Assembly (NCBI RefSeq): GCF_006345805.1
Contig: NW_021836840.1
Span: 1-37,112 of the forward strand
Direction of reading: 5' to 3'
Source of the DNA: Octopus sinensis
Taxonomy: Eukaryota
DNA length: 37,112 bases
Positions 22,746 through 35,909 of this stretch are shown here, one piece after another (the first letter of the stretch is position 1; each line of letters starts with the position of its first letter). The notes under the pieces were generated by a model. The model did not search any database. It worked only from the letters and a program-made list of their open reading frames with translations, and was not told the origin of the DNA. The translations under genes were made by a program, and so were the position numbers.

Positions 22746-23009
22746 GAGAGGAAGACGGAACAATTTTCGGATTTTGGTGTGAGATAAAAATACATATTTA
22801 ATTGAAGGTATATTGGAGAAACAAAGCAAATGGATCGAAAGGAAGTTTCCGTTGAATATATTACAAAGTCAAATTAAAATCTAAATTAAAATCAAATTAA
22901 AAGCATTTTATTGGAGGAAGAAATTCTCAGTTTCTAACAAAACAGCCTCAGCAAAATCTATTCTTGTTCTCCTTCACGTATTTGTTGTTGTCGTTATTCC
23001 GCTTTTGTT

Positions 23010-23138
23010 CATCACCATCATCATCATCATAATCATCATCATCACCCTTCCTCCTGCCCCTCATCTTCTTTTTCCTTTCCTTCTCCTTTTCTTCTTTCTT
23101 GGCTTCTTTTTCTTCTTCCTTTCGCGCTACTTCTAATA

Positions 23139-23170
<32 letters not shown>

Positions 23171-23171
23171 A

Positions 23172-23226
<55 letters not shown>

Positions 23227-23617
23227 TCCCATTCCTCCCCTTCTTCCTCTCTTTTTTCCGCCTCGACTATCTTCTCCAGCACATCACCCCTCCCCCTCCT
23301 CCTCCTCCTACTACTACTACTACATCAACTTCTACCACTAATAATAATAATAAAGATAATGATGATGATGATGATGATGATAGTGATGATGATAGTGATG
23401 ATGATGATGATGATGAGATGATGATAATGATAATAATGATAATAATAATAGTAAACAATTGTAATAATACAACAACCGCTACTGCTGCTGTCAGCGTTAT
23501 TATTTTCTAACATTAATCATCATCATCATCCTTATGTGATTGTGATTGTATTATTATTATTATTATTATTATTATCATCATCATCATCATCATCATCACC
23601 ACCATCATCATCATCAT

Positions 23618-23698
<81 letters not shown>

Positions 23699-23793
23699 CA
23701 TCATCATTATTATTATTATTTTATTATTATTATTATTATTAATATTATTATCATCATTATTATATTATTATTATTATTATTTTATTATTATCA

Positions 23794-23857
<64 letters not shown>

Positions 23858-23895
23858 TATTATCATCATTATTATTATTATTATTATTATTTTCA
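23010..23895. repeat. Compound trinucleotide block (CAT, GCT, TAC, GAT, TAT)
   Basis: Direct reading. Confidence 0.9.
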
Positions 23896-24356
23896 GGATT
23901 TTTCCTGACTCGTTCAAAATGGCTACCTTCTCATTGATTCTTTATACGTTTGATATTCTATTTCATTTTACAATATGGTTATTCACTCCTTCTCAATAAA
24001 ACTATCGTGGCTTAATAATTCTCTCTTTGTTATGTCATTCCATTCATTTGAAATAAATGGGAAAAAAAACATCAATAAACGAAAACAATCTTATAGATGT
24101 ATTATAATTATCAACATTGTAATTATTATTATTTCGTTTTTAAATTTTCCTAAATCGTATAGCAATCGTTCCAAAACATTAATTCAGATGAAAATGATGG
24201 ACTTATAAATAAATAAATAAATAAGTAAATAGTAATAGAGAAGAAATTATCCCATTGCTAATGATTCACAGACTAAGAGGGAATATATCAGATATGGTAA
24301 AAGAAATCTTTTAATATTCCTTACTGATATGCCAAGAATCCAGTTCATTGTCTGTG

Positions 24357-24446
<90 letters not shown>

Positions 24447-24543
24447 GTCTGGCTGGCTGTCTGTCTTTCTCTCTGTCCGTCTGTCTGTCTGTGTGTCTGT
24501 GTGTCTGTCTGTGTGTGTGTCTGTCTGTCTGACTGTCTATCTA

Positions 24544-24582
<39 letters not shown>
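24357..24582. repeat. (TCTA)n/(TCTG)n compound microsatellite, left flank of the LINE
   Basis: Direct reading. Confidence 0.95.
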
Positions 24583-26053
24583 CCCGGCAATGGGCCGAGA
24601 GGAAACTGTCCCTAAAAGGTCGGGCGGAGGTGGCGAACACGTACATCGCGTCCGTCATCTACTACCACCTGACCGTCGTACCTTGTCCCGACCCTACCAT
24701 CACCAAACTACAACGCATTCTCTTTCGCTTCTTGTGGAAAGGATGCGTCCCGATGGTCAGGCGATCCATTTGCTGTCAACACCCGTTAAAAGGAGGGCTG
24801 GGCATGCCGTGGTTGATGATGCGCAGACACGCGCTGAGACTGCGACATCTCTGGCTCTATGTAGACGACGGTGAACAGGTGTGGTCGCCGTTGTGTGAGG
24901 CACGCTTTCCCGCAGCTCGTCTCCATGACCGAACTGCAGTCGTGGATCAAAAAGAGGCCGAGGAAGGGTGAATGGCACCGCGAGTGTCGCGTTGCTCTCA
25001 AGCAACTCTGCCGTCCTGGGTCGACCTTGAGTGACTTCAACACAACCAAAGCATTTATAGGGGTTTAGTGGAGGGGAGGTACGACGACGAGCTCGGGGCG
25101 AACCTGGATGTCGACGAGGAGTACCTGACCCGCCTGTTCAGGACGACTTTCGGGCCAGGGTCCATGGACAACTTCCAGAGATCCCTGGCCTGGCAGTGCT
25201 ACCGAGAAGCGCTACCCGTTCGGGATAAGCTCTACAGATACGGCTCGAGAAACACGGGGCCGACCTGCCCGAGATGCGGTCAGAGCGACGAAACCGTTCT
25301 GCACGCACTCGTGCTGTGTCCAACAATTTCCGACCTGTGGGCTTATGTCGAACAACTGCTGTCACGTGTGGGACGAGTCGGTTTATCAGCTGAGTCTATC
25401 GTCAATATTGTCACGCCTCCTGCCTTCAAACGGGAAGGAAGAGCTATTTTCATCATCCTTGTGGCTATGGCGAAAGAATGTATCTGGTGGACGCGTCTGA
25501 AAGGATTGGAGACAAACACTTTCCTCTCTGGTCAATCTCTCATCAACTTCTTCAAGTACCACTTGAAAAGGAAAGTGAGAGTAGAGAGGCAAGTTTTCTA
25601 GCGAATGTTTTAAAAAAAGATGGTGAATGTAGCAAGAATGGCACGTATGAATGACGAAGCCACCTTGAGCATGATCCTATGAACCCAGAAATTGAAAACA
25701 GAGAGTTGCTTATTCGCAAAAAAAAAAAAAAAAAAAATATAATGACTCCATTGACCGAGGTTACGTGGTCTTTTCTGTAGGCTTTTCTTTCCACGGGTAA
25801 ACCTCACCTGTCCTCCCCTTTACACTTCATATTGACATTTCTGTGATAACGATCCTTTGATCAATTTTTTTTTTTCCTCTCCCCCTTTTTTTTAACCCCC
25901 CTTTTTTTGTCCTCTTTCTCTCCTTTTACGATCCCTTTTGATCGAAACTCCTCCTTCCTTTTTTTTTCTTTTTTTTTTAAACCTTCAAAAGAAAAGCTCT
26001 ACCTTGTAATTTGTTCTATCTGTGTGCAGCCATGTGTGGCTAATAAAGAAACA
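24583..26053 (+). mobile_element. L1-clade (Tx1-like) LINE, 5'-truncated: ORF2 C-terminal region and 3'UTR
   Basis: WAERKLSLKGRAEVANTYIAS..LFRFLWKG..RRSICCQHPLKGGLGMP; zf-RVT-type CPRCGQSDETVLHALVLC; frameshifts near 24895, 25060 and 25600; likely native stop at 25680-25682; ends ggctaataaagaaaca. Confidence 0.9.
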
Positions 26054-26343
<290 letters not shown>

Positions 26344-26669
26344 CAGACAAATATTTGTGTATATATGCATTTACGTACATATATCGAAACTAATATAATT
26401 ATAGATATATGTATATGCATACAATATATATATATATATATATTCGTGTGTGGGTGCGTATGTAAACATGTATATAAATATATATCAGAGCTGTTAAAGA
26501 GCGTTACCGATTCCTTTCCTTATCCATGACAATAGTTCACGATGAATATCAGATCTTTCCAACTATCTGCCTCGAATAATGCGAACATCTGCTGAAGACA
26601 AATGATAAATATGCTTCACTATACGCTTACATGAATGGATATTACGTAAAATAACTTGTGTGTGTGTGC

Positions 26670-26759
<90 letters not shown>

Positions 26760-26760
<1 letters not shown>

Positions 26761-26922
26761 GCTGTGTGGTAAGTAGCTTGTTTACTAACCACATGGTTAC
26801 GGGTTCAGTCCCCACTGCGTGGCACCTTGAGGAAAGTGTCTTCTACTATAGCCTCGGGCCGACCAAAGCCTTGTGAGTGGATTTGGTAGACGGAAACTGA
26901 AAGAAGCCTGTCGTTATATGTA

Positions 26923-26969
<47 letters not shown>

Positions 26970-27187
26970 TGTGTGTTTGTGTGTCTGTGTTTGTCCCCCT
27001 AGCATTGCTTGACAACCAATGCTGGTGTGTTTATGTCTCCGTTACATAGCGGTTCGGCAAAAGAGACCGATAGAATAAGTACTGAGCTTACAAAAGAATA
27101 AGTCCCGGGGTCGAGTTGCTCTATTAAAGGCGGTGCTCCAGCATGGCCGCAGTCAAATGACTGAAACAAGTAAAAGAGTAAAAGAGT
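26760..27187 (+). mobile_element. SINE family A, full length, with an expanded internal (TA)n
   Basis: Head ggctgtgtggtaagtagcttg, internal (TA)n at about 26905-26966, tail with hairpin cagtc/gactg and (gtaaaaga) repeats. Confidence 0.9.
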
Positions 27188-27239
27188 ATATATATATATA
27201 TATTAATATATAAGAGTAAAAGAGTATATATTAGGAGCA

Positions 27240-27553
27240 TCTCTTCGGTGGCGACGACGAGTGTCACAACTGATACAATCAACGGAACAGGTTGCTCGTG
27301 AAATTAACGTGTAAGTGGCTGAGCACTCCACAGACACATGCACTCTTAACGTAGTTCTTGGGGAGATTCAGCGTGGCACAGTGTGTTACAAGACTTGCCC
27401 TTTGAAATACAGGTACTACTCATTTCTGCCAGCTGAGTGAGCTGGAGCAACGAGAAATAAAGTGTCATGCTCAAGGACACAACGCGCCGCCGGGAATTGA
27501 ACTCACAACCTTACAATCATGAGCCGAATGCCCCTAACCGCTAAACCACGGGG
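27240..27553 (-). mobile_element. SINE family B (OR2-like CORE-SINE)
   Basis: Colinear with 27910-28229; head with B-box-like gttcaattcc and CORE-like gtgtccttgagcatgacac. Confidence 0.85.
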
Positions 27554-27555
27554 CT

Positions 27556-27593
<38 letters not shown>

Positions 27594-27594
27594 G

Positions 27595-27764
27595 TATTCT
27601 TTCAATCTTTTATTTGTTTCAGTCATTTGATGGTGGCCATGCTGGAGCACCGCCTTTAGTTGAGAAAATCGACTCCAGGACTTATTCTTTGTAAGCCTAG
27701 TACTTATTCTATCGGTCCCAAGATCGGTTGTCAAGCAATTTTGTGGGGTTGGGGACAAACACAG

Positions 27765-27775
<11 letters not shown>
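27595..27775 (-). mobile_element. SINE family A, 3' half, internally deleted
   Basis: tttcagtcatttgatggtggccatgctggagcaccgcc...ggttgtcaagcaat...ggggacaaacacagac. Confidence 0.8.
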
Positions 27776-27798
<23 letters not shown>

Positions 27799-27909
27799 TC
27801 ATGTTTGTAAATATATTTCATTATGAATACTAGAATACTGAGTAAACTGTGGAGCATGTGCCATGCTCACGCACAAACACATATACCCATCCATCCATCC
27901 ATCTTAAAG

Positions 27910-28229
27910 ACTCCGCCGGTTACGACGACGAGGGTCCCAGCTGATCCGATCAACGGAACAGCTTGCTCGTGAAATTAACGTGCAAATGGCTGAGCATTCC
28001 ACAGACACGTGTACCCTTAACGTAGTTCTCGGGGATAATCAGCGTGACACAGAGAGTGACAAGGCTGACCCTTTGAAATACAAGTACAACTCATTTTTGC
28101 CAGCTGAGTGGACTGGAGCAACGTGAAATAAAGTGTCTTGCTCAAGGACACAACGCGTCGCCGGGAATCGAACTCACAACCTTACGATCATGAGCCGAAT
28201 GCCCTAACCACTAAGCCACGCGCCTTCAC
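27910..28229 (-). mobile_element. SINE family B, near full length
   Basis: Head gtgaaggcgcgtggcttagtggttagggc...gagttcgattcccgg (A and B boxes), CORE-like gtgtccttgagcaagacac. Confidence 0.9.
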
Positions 28230-28589
28230 TCCATCCATCTATATATGTATGAATATACATATATATGTATATACATATATATGTATATATATGTGTGTGT
28301 GTACATATGTATGTATGTGTGTGTTTGTATGTATGTGTCTATATTTACACATGCGCATCTATTTTCATATTTGAGGAATGCAGCGATGTTATGGTATCAA
28401 ATTTAGCGTTTTTTAATCGATCATTTTGTACTCGGAATTTATTTTAGTCACGTAATTATTTTATCGATTCCTACCTAGCGAACTGTTAAATTAATAGAAA
28501 CAAACAAACAGCAACAACAACGTCAGGACCATCAACATCTGTTTTGCTTTGATCAGTGTAATGGTAAACATAGAATGCGACGGATACAC

Positions 28590-29135
28590 ACATATGTTAT
28601 ACATACATACATACATACATACACACACATACGCATACATACGTACATACATATATACATATGCATACATGCATACATGCATACGCACACATACAAACAC
28701 ACATAAATACATACATACATACATACATACATACATACATACATACATGCATGCATACATACATACATACATGCATACATACATACATACATACATACAT
28801 ACATACATACATACATACGTATATATATACATACGCATACGTGCATACATACATACTTACGCACATACATGCATGCATATATACATACATGCAATCATAT
28901 AATCATACATACACACATACACACGCATACATACGTACATAAATACATACGCATACATGCATGCATACACACACATGCATACACACATAGATACATACGT
29001 ACATGCATACATATATACGCACACATGCATACATACATACTTACGCACATACATACATGCATATATGATACATACCGGGAATCATACAATCATATATACA
29101 TACATACATCCAATCCTATATTCATACATACACAC
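28590..29135. repeat. (CATA)n-based compound microsatellite
   Basis: Direct reading. Confidence 0.9.
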
Positions 29136-29657
29136 ATATATACACGCAGGTATTTATATCGTTATGCGTTTGTATGTCTGTGTATTTGTATACATGTTTG
29201 TACGTATGTTCATGGTGTGTATATCTGAGTTAATGTATACTTTTTAATGAGGTATAACTAATTTTTAATTAAAACTTACCTAACAAAACGTAAACAAATG
29301 TAAACACTGTTTTATGTTTACATACCTTTTACGTCGTGTTGCACTGAAGTCAATAAATCTGAAAATTGCTTATACATTTTAATATTTTCAAATTGTGTTT
29401 TGCGCATAAATTGACTCACGCACACAAACACACTGACCAATCTATGAGCATATATATACACACACACTCACACACACACACATGTATTTAAATATTAATG
29501 TTTGTTTTCTTGTCGAGTGATATACAAAATCTATTTCAATGTTCAACTGAAAATTTCTTCAATACTTTCCAGGAGATTTAAAATTATTAGTCTTTCAGAA
29601 GGAAAAGTTTGGCTCTGACTTCGACGTTTCGGTTTGATTACCACGAAGAGAGATTCT

Positions 29658-30075
29658 TATTTCTTTACTACCCACAAGGGGCTACACACAGATGAGACAA
29701 AGAAGGATAGACAAACGGATTAAGTCGATTATAGCGACCTCAATGCGTAACTACTACTTATTTAATCGATCCCGAAAGGATGAAAGTCAAAGTCGACCAC
29801 GGCGGAATTTGAACTCAGAACGTAACGGCAGACGAAATACCTATTTCTTTACTACCCACAAGGGGCTAAACACGGAGGAGACAAACAAGGACAGACAAAC
29901 GGATTAAGTCGATTATATCGACCCCAGTGCGTAACTGGTACTTAATTTATCGACCCCGAAAGAATGGAAGGCAAAGTGGACCTCGGCAGAATTTGAACTC
30001 AGAACGTAACGGCAGACGAAATAATATCGCTAAGCATTTCGGCCGACGTGCTAACGTTTCTGCCATCCCGCCGCC
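29658..30075 (-). mobile_element. SINE family D (possibly OK-like) dimer, 184-bp period, with TSD
   Basis: Head ggcggcgggatggcagaaacgttagc, B-box gttcaaattc, two body+tail units; gaagagagattct duplicated at 29645-29657 and 30078-30090. Confidence 0.9.
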
Positions 30076-30662
30076 ATGAAGAGAGATTCTGACGTAGTCA
30101 AGGAACCAAAAGTTTCTCAGAGTGTGAGACTTTTCTTTCTAAGAGATTGATATGTACAAACGCATACGCGCGATAAAACGCGGGTCGTTCTTTAGACACA
30201 GGCGCATGTGTCCAGTTTCCTGGCTTCCTTGGCGAATGTATTTCACACCCGCTGGACGACCTTCGCTCCATCGCAGTAATTCGCGTTTTTGCCAGCTCAG
30301 TCGATTGGAAAGAAAGAAAAAAAAAACGCGCGAAATGAAGTGTTTTTCTCGAGAACGGAATATATCATCCGGGTCTAGGGATCGAAACCAGCATCTTACG
30401 ATCACAGAGTGTATCACCATTTGCATTAGACTCTGCATCTCCTCACACAGACACACACAGACACACACACACTCTCTCTCTCTCTCTCTCGCATACATAC
30501 ACGCACACAGTCACGCACACGCAAACATATATATTCACATACATGTAGATAGATAAATGTATATATATATATATATATCTACATACACGCACACACACAC
30601 CTATATATATGTATGCATTACATATAATATATATGTATATATATATATTATATAGATGTATA

Positions 30663-30707
<45 letters not shown>

Positions 30708-30751
30708 ATATATACATATATATATACATATATATTATATATGTATGTATG

Positions 30752-30783
<32 letters not shown>

Positions 30784-30816
30784 TACATAATACATACATA
30801 CATACATACACATATA

Positions 30817-30861
<45 letters not shown>

Positions 30862-30968
30862 TATAATAATATATATATATATATTATATATATAACTCTG
30901 ACACTGAGTTGAGATAATGCCTTCTAGTATCTCAAAATTTAATATACAATTATTCATAATTGTAGTAT

Positions 30969-31062
30969 CCTACGCCGATGAGAAAAGAAGTTTGGGTAAG
31001 GTAGTAGATTTTCTAATTCTTATGCTTTCCTAAAACTTGATTTCGAAACGTACGTCCGTAGG
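30969..31062 (+). ncRNA. Type I hammerhead ribozyme motif with a U4C core substitution
   Basis: cctacg CCGAUGA gaaa-[~55 nt]-tttc GAAA C guac G UC cgtagg; perfect 6-bp stem I and palindromic CGUACG; lies in a ~350-bp fragment (30896-31250) between (TA)n tracts. Confidence 0.75.
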
Positions 31063-31397
31063 TAACTTAAAATTGTATGATAGATTGCCGTCATCTCATT
31101 CTTTCTTACCTGTCTGTGTTTGCCTTTCAAGTGCTGTGTTTTACTGGGATCTCCCTTTTAGTAGAAGGAATAGCTATATCTCTTTGACTGCTATTTCTAA
31201 ATTCGGTGTGTGGCGAGGCAATTCGTTGCTAAACCCTTATTGCTTAGTATTATATATATATATATATACATACATACATACATTACATACATATATATTA
31301 ATAATATATATAATATACATATATATATACACCACACACACACATATAATATATATATATATATATACATATATATATACAACACACACACACACAT

Positions 31398-31456
<59 letters not shown>

Positions 31457-31471
31457 TATGTATGTATATGT

Positions 31472-31585
31472 CAGTCTCTTAGAAAGAAAAAAATCCCACA
31501 CTCCCTGAGAAGCTTCTGGTTTCTTGACTACGTCAGAATCTCTCTTCATGGTGATGAAACCGAAACGTCGAAGTCACATTCAAAC
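31472..31585 (+). repeat. Interspersed repeat; uninterrupted inverted paralog of 29610-29657 + 30074-30150
   Basis: tctcttagaaagaaaa...ttgactacgtcagaatctctcttcatggt...ccgaaacgtcgaagtca is the reverse complement of the SINE-interrupted copy. Confidence 0.8.
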
Positions 31586-31589
31586 ATAT

Positions 31590-32845
31590 CAGAGCTGACT
31601 GCAACAAATATCACATTTCTCAGTAACAGATATCAAACCTCTTAGTGACAAAAATCACAGTTCTCACAACCAAATAACAAAGACTCATTAATAAATTTCA
31701 CACCCTTCAGTAAAAGATGTCACAGTTCTCAGTATAAGATATCACAGCACTAACAGGTATCATAGCTCCTACTAAAGATATTGCAGCTCTCACTAATAGA
31801 TATCATAGCTCTCAAGAACTGATATCAAAGCTCTCACTAACAAATATCACAGCTCTCACTAAATGATATCCAAGTGCCTACTAACAAATAACAAAAACTC
31901 TCTAATAAATTTCACACCTCTCTGTAAAAGATATCACAGCTCTCCCTAACAGATATCATAACTCTCACTAACAGATATCATAGCTCTCAAGATCTGATAT
32001 CAAAGCTCTCACTAACACATATCACATCTCTCACTAACAGCTATGCAAGTTATCACTATCAGATAACAAAGACTCACTAATAAATGCCACGCCTCACCCG
32101 TAAAAGATATCACACCTCTAACTATAAGATATCACAGCTCTTCCTAACAGATATCATAGCTCCCAGTAACAGATATCACAGCTCTCACTAACAGATATCA
32201 CAGCTCTCACTAACAGATATCGTAGCTTTCACTAATTGATATCACAGCTCACACTAACATATATCCAAGTTCCTACTAACAAAAAACAAAAACTTAGTAT
32301 TAATTTTCACACCCCTCTGTCAAAGATATCACAGCTCACACTAGCAGATACCCAAGTTCTCACTAAGAAATAACAAAAACTCACTAATAAATTTCACACA
32401 CCCCTGTAAAAGAAATCACAGCTCTCCCTAACAGATATCACAGCTCTCCCTAACAGATATCACAGCTCTCACTAACGGATATCACATCTCTCACTAACAG
32501 ATATGCAAGGTCTCACTACCAAATAACAAATACTCACTAATAAGTGTCACGCCTCACCTGTAAAAGATATCACAACTCTCACTATAAGACATCACAGCTT
32601 TCCTTAACAGATATCATAGCTCCCAGTAACAGATATCACATCTCTCACTAACAGACATCATAGCTCTCACTAACGGATATCACACCTCTCCCTAGCAGAT
32701 AACATAGCTTTCACTAACAAATATCACAACTCTCGCTGTAAGTTATCACAACTCAGGAAACGATAGCACAGCTCTCACTAAGAGATATCACAGGTCTCAG
32801 TAACACATATCTCAGCTCTCAGTAATGAATATATCACAACTCTAC
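31590..32845. repeat. Degenerate 22-bp minisatellite with higher-order modules, about 57 units
   Basis: Consensus AGATATCACAGCTCTCACTAAC; recurrent variant block aaataacaaa.actcactaataaatttcacacc..tgtaaa. Confidence 0.9.
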
Positions 32846-33253
32846 ACCTTCCATTTTCTCAATTTCCTTCTTCATATGGAAATAATAACGACAGCTTTAT
32901 TGCTGACGCCGAGTCAACACGTTTTGTGTTGAATTCGGTCGTAACATTTGATTTGTTCTCTATTGTCTTTCTCTTCAAATGTTTTCCTTTTATATCCCCA
33001 CGATTTTCATATAACGGCAAATATTTCCTTTCATTCGTAAAAGAGGAATTATTACGTGTATTTTGAAATATTCATATTCAAAATGGGACTGGGTCCCTGC
33101 TTGATCAATTTTATTTAAAAAATTCTTCTCTTAGTTCTTTCATTTAGAATATGAAACCGAAAAGGATTTTCAAATTTAGCTGGTGTTGCAAACCGAAGTT
33201 AAAGATTCAATATGGGGGAAATGATAACTTTAAAACTTTGATATGAGGCACCC

Positions 33254-33255
<2 letters not shown>

Positions 33256-33346
<91 letters not shown>

Positions 33347-33400
33347 CATCAGTCTATCTGTCTATCTATCTATCTATCTATCTATTTATCTGTCTATCCA
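33256..33400. repeat. (TATC)n microsatellite
   Basis: Direct reading. Confidence 0.95.
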
Positions 33401-33434
33401 TCCATGTATCTATATTATACACACACACACACAA

Positions 33435-33470
<36 letters not shown>

Positions 33471-34292
33471 ATGTGTGTGTGTACGTGTATATGTTTGTGT
33501 ATTTCAATCATACGTGTGAGTTGTGTTTCGAGGTTTTTCTTCTGGAGCATAAAACCACGCTAATTTGTTTCAAAATCTTCCAGCATCTTCCAGCATCTTC
33601 CATCAAAATCTTCCCCATCATATATATTATATTTTTTTTTCAATCAAACAAAACGCAGCACGTGCTGTAATGAATGTCACTAAAACATTCGAAAGAAAAT
33701 GGCCGACGGATTCTAAGTGACTTTACAATACAGATTTTACCCTTTATGTAGTTTGGAGATAACTTAATGGCTTCCCTTCTTCTTTGTCAGTGTTTAGCTT
33801 TGTCTACCCTGTTGTTGTTATTGATGCTGATGCTGTTGTGGTAGTTTCTTTTGTCTTTGTTCGTTTTGTTGCGCACGTTATTGTTTCTGTTTTTCGCAAC
33901 GTTGCAGTATTCACTGCGTACGCTTGCTCTTACTGCTACTCCTCGTTCTTGTTATAAACGTATTTGGATCTGGAAGTGGAGAGACGTTGAATTTGCTTTT
34001 CTTTTTGAAGCGATCTATCCGTGCATTATCTCAAATGAAATTTTCATTGTAGTACTTGCAGTAGAAAGAAATGTAAGTACTTAAGAAAGGGCAGCTCCCG
34101 ATGCCCGAGAATAGAAAATTACAAAAAAAAAAAAATAATAAATAAAACAAGGAGATATATTTCACAATCATTTAGAAATGGCACACGTTGCATTTTCACA
34201 TTGAAAATAGATACCACATAGAAGTATGTTACAATGCTTTTCACAACAATGGCAGCTAATCAACAAAAATTTAAAAGAAACACAGCTTGATA

Positions 34293-35065
34293 TATTCTTT
34301 TCTACTCTAGGCACAAGGGCCGAAATTTTGGGAGTGTGGGACCAGTCGATGAGATCGACCCCAGTATGCAACTGGTACTTAATTCATCGATCCTGAAAGG
34401 ATGAAAGGCAAAGTCGACCTCGGCGGAATTTGAACCCAGAACGTAGCGGCAAAAGGAATATCTATTTCTTTACTACCCACAAGGGGCTAAACACAGAGGA
34501 GACAAACAAAGACAGACAGACGGATTAAGTCGATTATATCGATCCCAATGCGTAACTGGTACTTAATTCATCGACCCCGAAAGGATGAAAGGAAAAGTCG
34601 GCCTCGGCGGAATTTGAACTCAGAACGTAGCGGCAGACGGAATATCTATTTCTTTACTACCCACAAGGGGCTAAACACAGGGAGGACAAACAAGGACAGA
34701 CAGACGGATTAAGTCGATCATATCGACCCCAGTGCGTAACTGGTGCTTAATTTATCGACCCTGAAAGGATGAAAGGAAAAGTCGACCTCGGCGGAATTTG
34801 AACTCAGAACGTAGCGGCAAACGGAATATCTATTTCTTTACTACCCAAAAGGGGCTAAACACAGAGGAGACAAACAAGGACAGGCAGACGGATTAAGTCG
34901 ATTATATCGATCCCAATGCGTAACTGGTACTTAATTTATCGACCCTGAAAGGATGAAAGGAAAAGTCGGCCTCGGCGGAACTTGAACTTAGAACGTAGCG
35001 GCAAATGCAATATCGCTAAGCATTTCGTCCGGCCTGCTAAAGTTTCTGCCAGATCGATCGCCACC
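34293..35065 (-). mobile_element. SINE family D tetramer: one head, three 184-bp units with tail 1, terminal unit with tail 2
   Basis: tatttctttactaccc at 34463, 34647 and 34831 (period 184); head at about 35010-35065; last unit ends cccttgtgcctagagtagaaaagaata. Confidence 0.9.
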
Positions 35066-35497
35066 TTAAATAAGGAACCTATCAGGATTACTGCAAACAT
35101 TTGTAAGTGAAATTTTCAGCAAAAGAGAAAAAGATATAATGACCATTATTTATATTTTGTCTTGTACATCACTCTGTTTAAAACCTAGTAAACTCACGGA
35201 TATCATTATGGTCTTGACACCTGGGCAGTACCACTCAATCCGGCGGTGTCAACAGCACTGAAATAAGTGTTGCTTGGAAACAAATATGCCAAAGAAACCA
35301 CAACTTTCAAACACATTTACCTAAGTAGAACAGTATTTGTAAATAAATTAAGTAAATTATTAACTATTCCTATCTATGTAACCAAACAGTGACCAAACCT
35401 TTAAGTCATACAAATTATTACCTACTGTTTTCCATAGTATAATAAAAGCGAAAGCTTTCTAACCGCATTCATTCAATCTAAATATAGGCAGGATTAA

Positions 35498-35909
35498 GGC
35501 GGCGTGCTGGCAGAAACGTTAGCACGCAGGGCGAAATACGTAGTCGTATTTCGTCTGCCGTTACGTTCTGGGTTCAAATTCCGCCGAGGTCGACCTTGCC
35601 TTTCATCCTTTCGGGGTCGATAAATTAAGTACCAGTTACACACTGGGGTCGATATAATCGATTTAATCTTTCTGTCTGTCCTTGTTTGTCTCCTCTGTGT
35701 TTAGCTCCTTGTGGGTAGTAAAGAAATAGATATTGCGTTTGCCGCTACGTTCTGAGTTCAAATTCCGCCGAGGACTTTGCCTTTCATCCTTTCGGGATCG
35801 ATAAATTAAGGACCAGTTACGCACTGGGGTCGATGTAATCGATTTAATCTGTCTGTCTGTCCTTGTTTGTCCCCTCTGTATTTAGTCCCTTGTGGGTAGT
35901 AAAGAAATA
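35498..35909 (+). mobile_element. SINE family D dimer with an 18-bp TSD
   Basis: aaatataggcaggattaa at 35480-35497 and 35905-35922; two units, period about 181. Confidence 0.9.

Noticed and set aside
28150-28229. tRNA gene (also at 13190-13251, 19640-19708, 35498-35580)
   Set aside because: A/B boxes are present but each head continues into a SINE body and I cannot fold a complete cloverleaf
31540-31575. Hammerhead in the 31472-31585 repeat
   Set aside because: Has GAAAC-GUC and a ggt/acc stem but no CUGANGA in either copy
31590-32845. Common origin of the 22-bp and 43-bp arrays (shared ctcacta motif, 43 is about 2x22)
   Set aside because: Similarity is limited to a few bases, and the 43-mer is fully explained by LINE sequence
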